Positions 1 to 9,777 of a stretch of 56,481 nt of DNA are shown piece by piece. Under the pieces are notes generated by a model, which saw only the letters and a list, made by a program, of their open reading frames with translations, did no database searches and was not told the DNA's origin. Made by a program: the position numbers and the translations under genes. This DNA comes from Deltaproteobacteria bacterium (GTDB lineage Bacteria > Desulfobacterota > Desulfobulbia > Desulfobulbales > Desulfocapsaceae): contig JAFDME010000001.1 in the NCBI GenBank assembly GCA_019306075.1, positions 1 through 56,481 on the forward strand, read 5' to 3'. Position 1 is the stretch's first letter. Each line of letters begins with the position of its first letter.

Positions 1-542
1 CCCTGACTTTCACAGAGCTCTTCATAGGTAGTAGCAATAAAGGGTTCGCCAAGCCACGGTTTTTCACGGTTCATACGGCTGACAAGACACCCGTCCACCT
101 GACCTGTTCTCAACAGATGATGCAGCAGTCCGGTAACAACACCTCCTCCGGCACCACCCTTTCGTATTATCTCATCTGTACTGTAGCCAACATAGGTGTT
201 GTCGACCCAGCCATCAAATCCCTTATCGATGAAATGCTCGCCAAATACCTGCTCAGCAAGATCGCCGTACTGCACCTGACCACCGGGACAAACTTCCCCG
301 CATAAACCACAGGCAACACATTTCTCTGTCTCCAGCTCCGGATAAAAATTTTCACCAACACGAATCGCGTTACTGGGACACACCCCTGTACAGCTTCCAC
401 ATCGTGTACATAATTCTTTTGAGGAAAAAGCTACGCTGAGAAACGGATCGTCCAGAACTACCGGAACTTGTGTCAACGGCTTCATTCCTCTTTCAGCCAT
501 AAACGCCAGACCCTTTTGATATTCTGCTGAGTACTCAGTCAT
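1..542 (-). CDS. Coenzyme F420 hydrogenase/dehydrogenase beta-subunit (FrhB/FdhB) family protein with two N-terminal 4Fe-4S motifs; runs off the left edge of the window
   Basis: Not in the ORF track (no stop inside window). Manual translation from ATG at 542: MTEYSAEY...LCTRCGSCTGVCP...KCVACGLCGEVCP...YVGYSTDEIIRKGGAGGGVVTGLLHHLLRTGQVDGCLVS; two CxxCxxCxxxCP motifs plus FrhB-like GGxVT segment. Start overlaps the stop of the upstream gene. Confidence 0.85.
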   Translation of the reverse strand, partial: MTEYSAEYQKGLAFMAERGMKPLTQVPVVLDDPFLSVAFSSKELCTRCGSCTGVCPSNAIRVGENFYPELETEKCVACGLCGEVCPGGQVQYGDLAEQVFGEHFIDKGFDGWVDNTYVGYSTDEIIRKGGAGGGVVTGLLHHLLRTGQVDGCLVSRMNREKPWLGEPFIATTYEELCESQ

Positions 543-1311
543 TACCTGCTCCCGCTCCCTCCATACGGTTTCCCCGGGTTACCGCAGGCTGGCCAAACGC
601 AATGGAACCCTCAGCTATATCTTTGTTCACCAGCGAATGGACACCTATAATCGACCCCTTTCCAATGTGCACACCGTCCATGATCATGGCATGCGACCCG
701 ATCCACACATCATCTTCAATAACAACACCCCCTCTGGAGACAAACCCCTGCCTGATCATTGGGATATCTGTTCGATCATAAGCATGATTACCGCCTGCAC
801 AGAGATAAGAATAGGCAGCAATCAGCACATCTTTTCCAACTTCAAGGTTACTGTCAGTTGCAAGAATGCAGTTCGCACCGACATCACTGCCCTCACCAAC
901 TGTCAGTGATGCATTACGCGCGCGCAAAATGGTATTTCGTGAAATCAAAGCCCCACTGCCAATTAAAACCAGTCCGTTCTCTCCACGTGCATCTATAACG
1001 ACGTTATCATCAATAGAAACATGGTCGCCGATATCTATTTTTGCACCGCCGCGAATTGTAACATTACGCCCGATAATTACACCCTTTCCCAGGGAACTGA
1101 CGATATAACGATAGAATTTCTGGCGCAGCCAAAAACCAGCCATACCGGGAAAATTACATAATGTGCCGGTAATAAGTTCATAAAGCAGCAACGCACCGAA
1201 TCGCGACCTGCCAACCGTAAGGAGGGCATAGCGGCGCCATGCGGATACTCTGCAATCTTTCAGCTGCTCCTGGGTCTGCTGAGCAAAAGGTTTTTTATCA
1301 GATACATTCAT
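535..1311 (-). CDS. Hexapeptide-repeat (left-handed beta-helix) acyltransferase, probably polysaccharide O-acetyltransferase
   Basis: Many [LIV]GxxxxI repeats; C-terminal VVIEDDVWIGSHAMIMDGVHIGKGSIIG...FGQPA typical of the family. Confidence 0.85.
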   Translation of the reverse strand: MNVSDKKPFAQQTQEQLKDCRVSAWRRYALLTVGRSRFGALLLYELITGTLCNFPGMAGFWLRQKFYRYIVSSLGKGVIIGRNVTIRGGAKIDIGDHVSIDDNVVIDARGENGLVLIGSGALISRNTILRARNASLTVGEGSDVGANCILATDSNLEVGKDVLIAAYSYLCAGGNHAYDRTDIPMIRQGFVSRGGVVIEDDVWIGSHAMIMDGVHIGKGSIIGVHSLVNKDIAEGSIAFGQPAVTRGNRMEGAGAGND

Positions 1312-1544
1312 CTATCCCGACTTCCACCCCGAATAAAATTGATTTTTGCTTCTTCAGATGGTTCCATAGAAAACAGATGCCCAAATGAAACAATTATTGA
1401 GTCAAAAATCAACTCGACAAAATACCCTTTACATGACCAAAAAGAAACAGTTTATATGAAAGTCATCTATTGTACGAGGGAAAAGAGAATCGAGGAACTG
1501 CTGCCATAACAATCCACATTCACAGGTAGCGGTTAAAAGCATAA

Positions 1545-2411
1545 ATGCCAAACACTCTCGCTCATATCGGACTGCAGGTCCCTCTCGGCAAAACCGGATT
1601 CCCCAAGATCCCCCTGCAGTGGATTCTAGTGGGCTGTATTATTCCTGATATTCCATGGATTTTACAGCGTATTCTCAAGATGATACCATTAATTGATCCG
1701 GTTCCCCTGAGATTATACGCCATTATCCAGGCCAGTTTTTTCTCCTGCTGCATTCTTTCACTGATCTTCGCTCTACTCACTCGAAAAACCGGATTTATAT
1801 TTCTTATTCTTTCCGCAAACAGCCTGTTCCACCTTCTCCTGGATGCCTGCCAGATCAAATGGGGAAATGGTGTTCACCTGCTGGCACCGTTTTCCTGGCA
1901 CACTACAAATTTTGGTTTCTTCTGGCCGGAAGATAGTATCACCCTCATCATAACTGCAATGGGTATTGCCGCACTTATTTACTACTGGCCCAAAGCGAGC
2001 AAAAGCAAATTATTTTTGCAAAATCCGAACAGAACCAAGGCAATCTTCCTTACTGTTTTCACCATCCCTCTTCTGTTCATCAAAGATGCCTATAACGCGG
2101 ATGTCCACTACAGCAAAACCATTCTCAATCAATCGGTACAATCGGGAAAACCGGTGGAGATAGACCGGGGGTACTATAACAGCATTACAAAAACCATTGG
2201 AAATTACGCAGACCGTGCTCTCCCTCTTAACAATCCCCCGAAAATTGATTCCGGATCACTGTCCATCAGAGGAATATTTGACCGGAAAAACAGCATTACA
2301 GTTACAGAATTTCATAAGCACAAAGGTTTTCGCGACTACGCATCTTATGCGGGCCTGTTCTCTATTCTGTTAATCTGGCTGCACTCAATTATTCGAATAC
2401 GGACGAACTGA
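1545..2411 (+). CDS. Hypothetical membrane protein, possibly membrane-bound metal-dependent hydrolase
   Basis: Several hydrophobic segments; LAH, IPD and FHLLLD motifs reminiscent of YdjM-like hydrolases. Confidence 0.55.
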   Translation: MPNTLAHIGLQVPLGKTGFPKIPLQWILVGCIIPDIPWILQRILKMIPLIDPVPLRLYAIIQASFFSCCILSLIFALLTRKTGFIFLILSANSLFHLLLDACQIKWGNGVHLLAPFSWHTTNFGFFWPEDSITLIITAMGIAALIYYWPKASKSKLFLQNPNRTKAIFLTVFTIPLLFIKDAYNADVHYSKTILNQSVQSGKPVEIDRGYYNSITKTIGNYADRALPLNNPPKIDSGSLSIRGIFDRKNSITVTEFHKHKGFRDYASYAGLFSILLIWLHSIIRIRTN

Positions 2412-3299
2412 TCGCTCTATAAACAAGTCCGGTCTGTCACACCCCCCTGTCCAGGTCAAACGGAAGGCTCTCTTCTGCTGTATCTGATGGATATACAGGT
2501 CGCCATTTTTCTCAGACATGGATACCAGCCAGTGAGGGCTGTTTGACCAGAGCTGGTTATCAAACTTTTCACCGGCAGGAGCAGCAATCCTGCCCACCCG
2601 GCTGAGCGAATTCCAGTCATGGAGATTAAGAAAGCGATGCCTCTTCCCATTCACCGTAACAAGCCCTCCATCCGGAGACAGGCTGGCGGAGCACCCGGTT
2701 GCAACAGCTCTATGCCTACCCGTCTGCAGATCAAAGACAAATACTGAATAGCCGAACCTCTTCCTCACTGTTGCAGCAATTCGAACAGGAGCACCGGCAG
2801 CATCTACCTCCAACAGCCTGTACCCTTCAACTACTGTAGTAACTTCATGCCCTTTAATTTTAACATTCTGCAGGGAGGTTCCGTCGGTATAAAAAAGAGA
2901 GCGACCATCAGGAGAAAAAGTGAGAGCCCTTGCCTTGACTGCCGTTGCAATCAGTTCCGATGTTCCTCCTCTTTCAGAAATAAGCATTATCCTGTTGCCG
3001 GAAATATACCCTATATCTGTTCCATGAGGAGACCAGCGGGGCCGACTCCCCCGGACAATAAACTGCGGTTGTGCATCACTTTCCAGTTTTTGAATATAGA
3101 TGCCTCCATTCCGCTGGTAGACCACCTTACCGGAAATATTGTCCGGTATTTCCGGTCCTTTGGATCCCCCTCCGGAATCGGCGGGAAAAATAAAAAAGAG
3201 AACACTCAGTGACAGGGAAAAGGCAACAGTAACAGCCGAACAAAAATTACATCTGACGTGCAACCTGCGCTCCAGATGTCTGATACAGCTGATTACCAT
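2385..3299 (-). CDS. TolB-like/PD40 beta-propeller exported protein
   Basis: N-terminal hydrophobic segment; PRWSPHG, FSPDGR, LSPDGG repeats; true start uncertain. Confidence 0.65.
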   Translation of the reverse strand: MVISCIRHLERRLHVRCNFCSAVTVAFSLSLSVLFFIFPADSGGGSKGPEIPDNISGKVVYQRNGGIYIQKLESDAQPQFIVRGSRPRWSPHGTDIGYISGNRIMLISERGGTSELIATAVKARALTFSPDGRSLFYTDGTSLQNVKIKGHEVTTVVEGYRLLEVDAAGAPVRIAATVRKRFGYSVFVFDLQTGRHRAVATGCSASLSPDGGLVTVNGKRHRFLNLHDWNSLSRVGRIAAPAGEKFDNQLWSNSPHWLVSMSEKNGDLYIHQIQQKRAFRLTWTGGCDRPDLFIERSVRPYSNN

Positions 3300-3362
3300 T
3301 GATCAACCCTGATGGCATCGTAAAAAATCCGATCTCCTTCGTTGTAGGTTTTTCTCAGAACC

Positions 3363-4364
3363 TCAACCATGCTCATCACCGCGATATCCGTTGGGATAAT
3401 GGGAATGCCATTCCCACGCTGTTTCAAGGATTGTTTCAAGGCTGTTAAACTCGGGTTTCCAGCCGAGTTCCCCTATTATTTTTTCCGCTGAGCCAACCAG
3501 AACAGCGGGATCACCAGGCCTGCGATCGTCAAAATGATAGTTAATCTCTTTTCCTGTTACCCCACGGGCTGCAGTAATCACATCCAGAATCGAATATCCA
3601 CTGCCATTGCCAAGATTAAATTTTTCGCTTACTCCGTCATCCAGCAGATAAAGTAAAGACAGATAATGGGCCTGGGCCAGATCAGTAATATGGATATAGT
3701 CTCTGATACAGGTTCCATCCTCTGTTGGGTAATCATTACCAAACACAGTCAGCTCATCCTGTAAGCCAAGGGCAGTTCGTAGAATGAGTGGAATAAGATG
3801 TGTCTCCGGATTATGATCCTCACCCAGATCTCCTTCAGGGTCCGCTCCGGCTGCGTTGAAATATCTGAGGCAGACGGATTTCAGCCCATAGGCTGAATCA
3901 AAGTCATCGAGAATTTTTTCCACCATCCGCTTGGAACGACCATAGGGGTTAACAGGTTGCAGGGGATGATTTTCATCCATGGGCAGACGGGTCGGTTCAC
4001 CATATACGGCACAAGTGGAAGAAAAAATAAGTTTATCCACACCATGCTCAATCATCGACGAGAGCAGCCCCAGAGTTGCAGCAACATTATTCTGATAATA
4101 TTTCAGCGGCGAAATTACCGATTCACCAACAGTTGAAAAAGCAGCAAAGTGCATCACCGCTCTGATATCATGTGTTTTGAAAATCCTGTCCAGCAGCTTT
4201 TCATCGTTCAGGTCTCCCTCATAAAGAGGACCCCAGCGAACTGACTCCCTGTGCCCAATGCTGAGATTATCAAGCACAACCGGACGCATCCCTTTGGCAT
4301 GAAGATATTTTCCCATGTGAGAGCCAATATAACCGGCTCCACCTACTATTAATATTTCAGACAT
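3363..4364 (-). CDS. galE: UDP-glucose 4-epimerase
   Basis: GGAGYIGSH, FSSTCAVYG, YGRSK, LRYFNAAGA, DGTCIRDYIHI, RRPGDP motifs. Confidence 0.95.
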   Translation of the reverse strand: MSEILIVGGAGYIGSHMGKYLHAKGMRPVVLDNLSIGHRESVRWGPLYEGDLNDEKLLDRIFKTHDIRAVMHFAAFSTVGESVISPLKYYQNNVAATLGLLSSMIEHGVDKLIFSSTCAVYGEPTRLPMDENHPLQPVNPYGRSKRMVEKILDDFDSAYGLKSVCLRYFNAAGADPEGDLGEDHNPETHLIPLILRTALGLQDELTVFGNDYPTEDGTCIRDYIHITDLAQAHYLSLLYLLDDGVSEKFNLGNGSGYSILDVITAARGVTGKEINYHFDDRRPGDPAVLVGSAEKIIGELGWKPEFNSLETILETAWEWHSHYPNGYRGDEHG

Positions 4365-4454
4365 TCATTCAATTCCAACAAGGTTTAAGTTTATCCCAAT
4401 TTTCAACAGGACAGGGCGCCGGGGAAAAGTCCAGCCTGTATCTGATGAAAATAC

Positions 4455-5273
4455 TCACCTGCGTATATTGATCCGTAGCTGTTCGAAAATAAAACGAAAA
4501 GATCCAATACGACGACCAAAACCGGTTATGCCCTTTTCATCGCACAACAGCTGAAGCAGAGAGGCTGCAGGACGATCCATGGATAACAGTCCATAAGGTA
4601 TAAAAGTGCCAAAAGAACCGGGGCGGTTAACGTGAAAAGGGAGGGGAAGAGGATCACTGCCTGACAATACGGGAATACAGAGATCAGCCGCCTCAGCAAA
4701 AAGAGCGCCATCAGGCCAAAAACCAGGCCGATTGCCACTGTCCCCGAGAAACAGGGGATACTCATGATCGGATTGCAAAAGACATTCAACTGTCCTGCCC
4801 CGCCCCCCAAACCACTTCCCTGCGCCCCATGGAATAACAGGTAACCCGCCGCTGGCGGCGACGGTTTCAGCCAAATCAGCCAGGGACAGCGTTCGATCCT
4901 TCACGGTAAAGGAACTGCAGAGGGACAGAAGCTCCAGCTTCTCCCTGCTGATGATCTGCCGCCCGGAAACAAGAATCATACAGACATCACCCTTGCGGGC
5001 AATCAGGCTTTCCTGCTCGGCAGTACAATGGAAGCTGAAAGAAAAGGCACTGCCACCTCCATCACCAGTTTCATCCGGAGCCACTGCCTTCTGTTTCAGT
5101 TCATCAAAGACATTAAAACCTTCACTTTCGGTCAAGGCGAGAACGTACTGAATTTCCCCGGCAATTCGATCCATACCGGCAGCCCGGGAAAAATTGACCG
5201 ATGCAGCCTCCAGGAACTGGTCCAGAGAAAAGTCAGGATATATATGGACGTGACCGTCAATAAATACAGGCAT
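4455..5273 (-). CDS. PHP-like metal-dependent hydrolase domain protein
   Basis: DGHVHIY near N-terminus and LSGSD near C-terminus; start placed at ATG 5273 because the upstream extension runs through repeat DNA. Confidence 0.55.
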   Translation of the reverse strand: MPVFIDGHVHIYPDFSLDQFLEAASVNFSRAAGMDRIAGEIQYVLALTESEGFNVFDELKQKAVAPDETGDGGGSAFSFSFHCTAEQESLIARKGDVCMILVSGRQIISREKLELLSLCSSFTVKDRTLSLADLAETVAASGGLPVIPWGAGKWFGGRGRTVECLLQSDHEYPLFLGDSGNRPGFWPDGALFAEAADLCIPVLSGSDPLPLPFHVNRPGSFGTFIPYGLLSMDRPAASLLQLLCDEKGITGFGRRIGSFRFIFEQLRINIRR

Positions 5274-5329
5274 AGATCCTATTACCACATCTGCCTGCCG
5301 ATCAGGCAGGTATCTGTAAGAGTAATCAA

Positions 5330-5437
5330 CAGGTTGTTTAGGCTGAAGGCTGTTAGGGGAGGTTCTTCGCCGTCTTTCGGAGTCTGCGCTTACCTGCTTT
5401 TCTTCACAGCCTAACAATCTAACAGTCTAACAACCTG
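5330..5437. repeat. Long imperfect inverted repeat built from ~8-bp CTAACAG-type units
   Basis: Arm 5330-5357 CAGGTTGTTTAGGCTGAAGGCTGTTAGG pairs with arm 5410-5437 CCTAACAATCTAACAGTCTAACAACCTG. Confidence 0.6.
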
Positions 5438-5457
5438 GGTTACGGGCATCGCCAGCT

Positions 5458-5571
5458 TTAGTGCCTTACTTCAGAATTTCTGTAATAAAAAACAAGAAAC
5501 TGAGTAGGGTCGTTTAAAATTATGTGGATGAATTTACTTCCATGCCACTTACTTGCAGCTTGTCTGCGTTA
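5458..5571 (-). repeat. Dispersed intergenic repeat family A (MITE-like), copy 1
   Basis: Reverse complement starts TAACGCAGACAAGCTGCAAGTAAGT and ends TTCTTGTTTTTTATTACAGAAATTCTGAAGTAAGGCACTAA, matching copies at 45262 and 48730. Confidence 0.8.
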
Positions 5572-5591
5572 GGAGTAACATACTAATATCA

Positions 5592-7478
5592 TTATATCAT
5601 GGCACGGACCTTGTTCTTAATATCTTCAACAGCCAAACCCTGATGCGGCAACTGTTCCGCTATGCCCCCATGACCGAGTTTGCTTGTTCCCATAAGAGAA
5701 TAGCGCGGAGAGAACCCTCTTTCAAGCAGCCAGGTTCCATAACGGACACCAAGACCTGTTTTGCTGTTCTGACTCTCCACAACCAGGGCAAAAGGACTTT
5801 TACCCACCTTTGCCAGCATATCCTCATCAATTATATTAAGGGTCGGCTTATTAATTAGACCGATATTGAATCCCTCCTTTTTCAACTGCTCTACCGCATC
5901 AAGACATCTGTAAACCATTTCACCATAAGTGACAATTACACCATCACTTCCATCCCTTACAATTTCATCCTGATCCGGAGTAAAGACATAATCATCACCA
6001 TAAAGTCTATCTCCCTTCCCTGTAAAAATATACGGTGTGGCCGATCTGGTTGAGAACACAAATCGCAGACCGGGATGATTAAAAATTTCCTTTAACAATC
6101 CCCGCAACTGACCGGCATCAGCGGGGAAATAGAGGCGGGTGAGATCACTCTCGGCAAGGGCATTATCTGCAAAGAAATTATTGATGCCGAAATGGCAGGT
6201 GTTATCAGCCATATCATCAATCCCGGAATGGGAAAAATGAGCGATCACATTGGCGTCATTTAAACGAGCCATGGTTATCTCAGAGACAACCATCTCAAGA
6301 AAGGCGGCAAAGGTCCCAAAGATGCCAACACGCCCCGGCTCCGAACCAAACCCGGCGGCAACAGAGTAGTTGTTTCTTTCCATAATCCCGCCATTAACAT
6401 AAACTTCCGGGTGATTTTTACGGATATGATGCAGCCCGCAGGATCCTTCCAGATCCGAGTCAACCACCAGCACCTTCGAGGAGGCGTCCTCTGTATTATC
6501 CAGAATCTCGCAGATTACCTTACCGAAATCATCCCGCACCTTTGCGGTTTCCGAACTGCTTCCAAGATATTCAGTTGTAACTTTTTCTGTTTTATAGCTG
6601 GTCAGTGCATTAACAGCTTCCGTCAAACCACGACTGGTAAGATAGTCAACAGCAAGATCCACAGCAATAACATCATGCCCCTTTGATGTCCCCTCGATAC
6701 CAGCGATACCCACCGCCATGGGCCTTTTATTGATAAGAGCCGAAGGACCGTCACTGGTCAATGCCTCCCGTATACGATCAAAAAGCGACTCGATATTCTC
6801 TCCGTCTCCGGCATTGGCCGGCAGCCCGTGTCCTTCAAGAGTGGAAACCACATCGTAACCATGCAGGTATTCGCTTGGATGACCGGCAATAGTTACATCA
6901 TTGTCATCGATAAACAGTTTAACCTTCAGGTTTCTGGCAACAGCATAACGCGCTGCTTCGGCATTATCTCCCTCCATCTGAGAACCGTCACTGCCGAACA
7001 TAACGACTGTTTTTTCCGGTTCAGCTTCAGCCACACCATTGACATAACTCCAGAGGTGTCCAAGCCGGCCCGATGAGAAAAAGATCCCATTCTTCTCATC
7101 CCGCTCCGGATGACCATAATACCCCTTATCATATTCCCGATAATGAAGAAGTGATTCCGCCTCACGATAACCGTTCAACACCGCCATCATATACTGAATG
7201 GCAACCCTGTGGCCTGCCTCATCAAAGTAGACAGGGTGAATTGTATCGGTCCCTTTCATAAACCCGTCGACGATGAGGAGTTCCGGAACGATATCAAAGG
7301 CACCTCCTGTATGTCCTCCAAGCCCTTTCACATTGGCCAGGGCAGTAAAAAACACCAGGCTATCCCGGACGAGAGAGATATTTTCTTTTAACGTCTGCAA
7401 CTGGTCATCAGTTAATTTTTCCTGACTTAAATTAAACTTCAAAGGAGTGTAGCGATCTAAATCGAGAGGTAAATCCAT
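5592..7478 (-). CDS. Transketolase-family ThDP-dependent enzyme (single-chain)
   Basis: GGHTGG, EAGH, GHPE, SSGRLGH, GSDGSQMEG...DDN ThDP motif, GIMERN pyrimidine-binding motif; GGAG RBS before ATG 7478. Confidence 0.85.
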   Translation of the reverse strand: MDLPLDLDRYTPLKFNLSQEKLTDDQLQTLKENISLVRDSLVFFTALANVKGLGGHTGGAFDIVPELLIVDGFMKGTDTIHPVYFDEAGHRVAIQYMMAVLNGYREAESLLHYREYDKGYYGHPERDEKNGIFFSSGRLGHLWSYVNGVAEAEPEKTVVMFGSDGSQMEGDNAEAARYAVARNLKVKLFIDDNDVTIAGHPSEYLHGYDVVSTLEGHGLPANAGDGENIESLFDRIREALTSDGPSALINKRPMAVGIAGIEGTSKGHDVIAVDLAVDYLTSRGLTEAVNALTSYKTEKVTTEYLGSSSETAKVRDDFGKVICEILDNTEDASSKVLVVDSDLEGSCGLHHIRKNHPEVYVNGGIMERNNYSVAAGFGSEPGRVGIFGTFAAFLEMVVSEITMARLNDANVIAHFSHSGIDDMADNTCHFGINNFFADNALAESDLTRLYFPADAGQLRGLLKEIFNHPGLRFVFSTRSATPYIFTGKGDRLYGDDYVFTPDQDEIVRDGSDGVIVTYGEMVYRCLDAVEQLKKEGFNIGLINKPTLNIIDEDMLAKVGKSPFALVVESQNSKTGLGVRYGTWLLERGFSPRYSLMGTSKLGHGGIAEQLPHQGLAVEDIKNKVRAMI

Positions 7479-7565
7479 TTCATTCTCCAATCAGCATTAA
7501 TGCCCTTTCCCGGGCTGATAATATTGTTTCCGATATGACAAAAGCAAAGACATTGTTTACCAGAG

Positions 7566-8888
7566 TCAACTCTGCTCTTTTTCCTGCGGTAAAACAAGAT
7601 TTAGAAACAGACCAAGAATTCCTGCCAGACCGATTTTCTCTATGGCAAAAGATCCGGCTGTAAACTTCATGCCGCCAATGCCGCAAACCAGAATTACAGC
7701 CACTATAATCAGATTTCTGGGGGTTGTAAGGTCCTGGCCTGATTTTACCAGGGTGTTAATCCCCATAACAGTAATCATGCCAAAAAGCAGAATCATAATT
7801 CCCCCCATAACAGGGCTGGGAATGGTAGCAAGAAGAGCCCCGACTTTCCCGACAAGAGAAAGTAGAATAGCGGTCAGTGCCGCCCAGGTCATAATTGCCG
7901 GATTATAGGCCTTGGTTAATGCAACAGCCCCGCTCACCTCAGAATATGTTGTGTTCGGGGGCCCGCCAAGCATCGAGGCCAAAGATGTGGCAATACCATC
8001 ACCCAGCAGAGTATTTTCAATTCCCGGATCCTTCACATAATCTTTGCCGGTTATGGCACCAACAGCCAGGATATCACCAAAATGTTCGATTGCAGGAGCG
8101 ATAGCCACAGGAACAATAAATAAGACAGCCTCCCACTTCCACTCAGGCAGCACAAATGCAGGCATCGCAAACCATGCCTTATCCGCAAGGGGAGCCAGTG
8201 AGATCAGCGCAGGAGAAGTCCAGTTCGGCAGGGCACCCGGATCAAACGAGGCCTGTATTGAGGCTGTAAATCCTGTAACATCGAGAAAAAAGGCTGTCAG
8301 ATAACCACCACAGATACCGCAAATGATCGGAATGAGCTTCAGCCAGCCCCGGCCAAGCAGAGACACAAGCACAGTTGTTGCCAGGGAGACACCCGCCACA
8401 ATCATGGCGGTTTTTTCAGGAACCAGCCATGCCGACCCATCGCCCGTGCGTCCGGAGGCCATATCTACGGCAACGGGGGCCAGAACAAGACCGATCACCA
8501 TAATGACAGGACCGGTAACAACCGGGGGCAGAACCCTGTGAAGAACATCGGAGCCAAAGAACCGGATAGCAAGACTCAACAGGACGTAAAACCCACCGGC
8601 AGCGGCAAGACCGCACATGGTCGCAGGAATCCCCCAGGTCTGAACACCGTAAATAATAGGTGCAATAAAGGCAAAGGATGAGGCCAGAAAAACTGGAACT
8701 TTTCCCCTGGTTATAACTTGAAACACCAGGGTCCCGAGGCCGGCAGTAAAAAGAGCCACATTGGGATCAAGGCCTGTCAATATTGGAACAAGAACCAGCG
8801 CTCCAAAAGCCACAAAAAGCATCTGTGCTCCAAGCAGACTGTCACCCAATCTGAATTTATAGTCACTACTCCGCGTCTCACCGGGCAT
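7566..8888 (-). CDS. uraA: Uracil-xanthine permease (NCS2 family)
   Basis: QMLFVAFGA, FLASSFAF, EHFGD, GGPPNTTYSE motifs; directly downstream of upp; GGAGG RBS before ATG 8888. Confidence 0.9.
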   Translation of the reverse strand: MPGETRSSDYKFRLGDSLLGAQMLFVAFGALVLVPILTGLDPNVALFTAGLGTLVFQVITRGKVPVFLASSFAFIAPIIYGVQTWGIPATMCGLAAAGGFYVLLSLAIRFFGSDVLHRVLPPVVTGPVIMVIGLVLAPVAVDMASGRTGDGSAWLVPEKTAMIVAGVSLATTVLVSLLGRGWLKLIPIICGICGGYLTAFFLDVTGFTASIQASFDPGALPNWTSPALISLAPLADKAWFAMPAFVLPEWKWEAVLFIVPVAIAPAIEHFGDILAVGAITGKDYVKDPGIENTLLGDGIATSLASMLGGPPNTTYSEVSGAVALTKAYNPAIMTWAALTAILLSLVGKVGALLATIPSPVMGGIMILLFGMITVMGINTLVKSGQDLTTPRNLIIVAVILVCGIGGMKFTAGSFAIEKIGLAGILGLFLNLVLPQEKEQS

Positions 8889-8982
8889 ACCTTTAACCTC
8901 CATTTATTCGTTTTAAAAAAATTTGTAAACCGGGATGAAATTCCAACAATCCTGCAGGAATCCTCAATGCTGAATGAAGGAC

Positions 8983-9017
8983 AAAAAAAAAGTCATTACA
9001 GAGACTGTAATGACTTT
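8983..9017 (-). terminator. Intrinsic terminator-like hairpin between upp and uraA
   Basis: Perfect stem AAAGTCATTACAG/CTGTAATGACTTT followed by a T-run on the minus strand. Confidence 0.75.
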
Positions 9018-9022
9018 CAGGG

Positions 9023-9649
9023 TTACTTTGTCCCGAAGATTTTATCTCCGGCATCTCCAAGTCCAGGCAATATGTATCCAACCTCATTTAATCGATCATC
9101 CACCGCAGCAACATAAATCTCCACATCGGGATGGGCATCCGTCACTTTTTTTATCCCCTCTGGTGCCGCCACAAGAAAAAGCCCCTTTATTGTTTTACAT
9201 CCAGCTTTTTTCAAGGTTTCAATGGTAGCAAGCAGCGTACCACCGGTGGCCAGCATCGGATCCAGAATCAAAGCAATACGCTCATCGATTTCTTTTGCTG
9301 TTTTAACATAATACTCTACCGGCTGGAGAGTCTCTTCATTGCGGTAATAGCCGACAACACTCACTTTGGCGGAAGGAATAAGATCAATAACACCATCCAT
9401 CATACCCAAACCAGCCCGCAGAATCGGCACAATGGTAATTTTTTTGCCCTTCAATTTCTCAACATCAACTGACCCGGCCCAGCCCTCAATCGTTTTTTTC
9501 TGCAGAGGCAGATCCTTCGTAGCCTCATAGGTCAATAATCTGGCCACCTCCGAGGAAAGGTCCCGAAAATCCTTGGTTGAGATATCATGCCTTCGCATAA
9601 GACCGAGTTTATGTTTAATCAGTGGATGATCCGCTACATGTACTGTCAT
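9023..9649 (-). CDS. upp: Uracil phosphoribosyltransferase
   Basis: [44 protein letters not shown]. Confidence 0.97.
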   Translation of the reverse strand: MTVHVADHPLIKHKLGLMRRHDISTKDFRDLSSEVARLLTYEATKDLPLQKKTIEGWAGSVDVEKLKGKKITIVPILRAGLGMMDGVIDLIPSAKVSVVGYYRNEETLQPVEYYVKTAKEIDERIALILDPMLATGGTLLATIETLKKAGCKTIKGLFLVAAPEGIKKVTDAHPDVEIYVAAVDDRLNEVGYILPGLGDAGDKIFGTK

Positions 9650-9777
9650 AATCGTCTCCTGGAGTACAAATTTATCAACTCACATTTTTTCTTTGACAAA
9701 ATATATGTGGGTTCCTGTTATAAAAAAATACCGGGAAATAGCAAGGTATTTTCCACACGCCAGGCAGGCAAAAAGTA

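Noticed and set aside
117-400. ORF track entries 117-305 (+) and 167-400 (-)
   Set aside because: Shadow frames of the FrhB-like gene at 1-542 (-), which has clear Fe-S motifs
5274-5417. N-terminal extension of the 4455-5417 ORF
   Set aside because: Runs through inverted-repeat DNA; the recognisable motif begins just after ATG 5273
5410-5437. Short tandem units considered as a CRISPR array
   Set aside because: Only 8-bp degenerate units with no spacers, and no cas genes in the window
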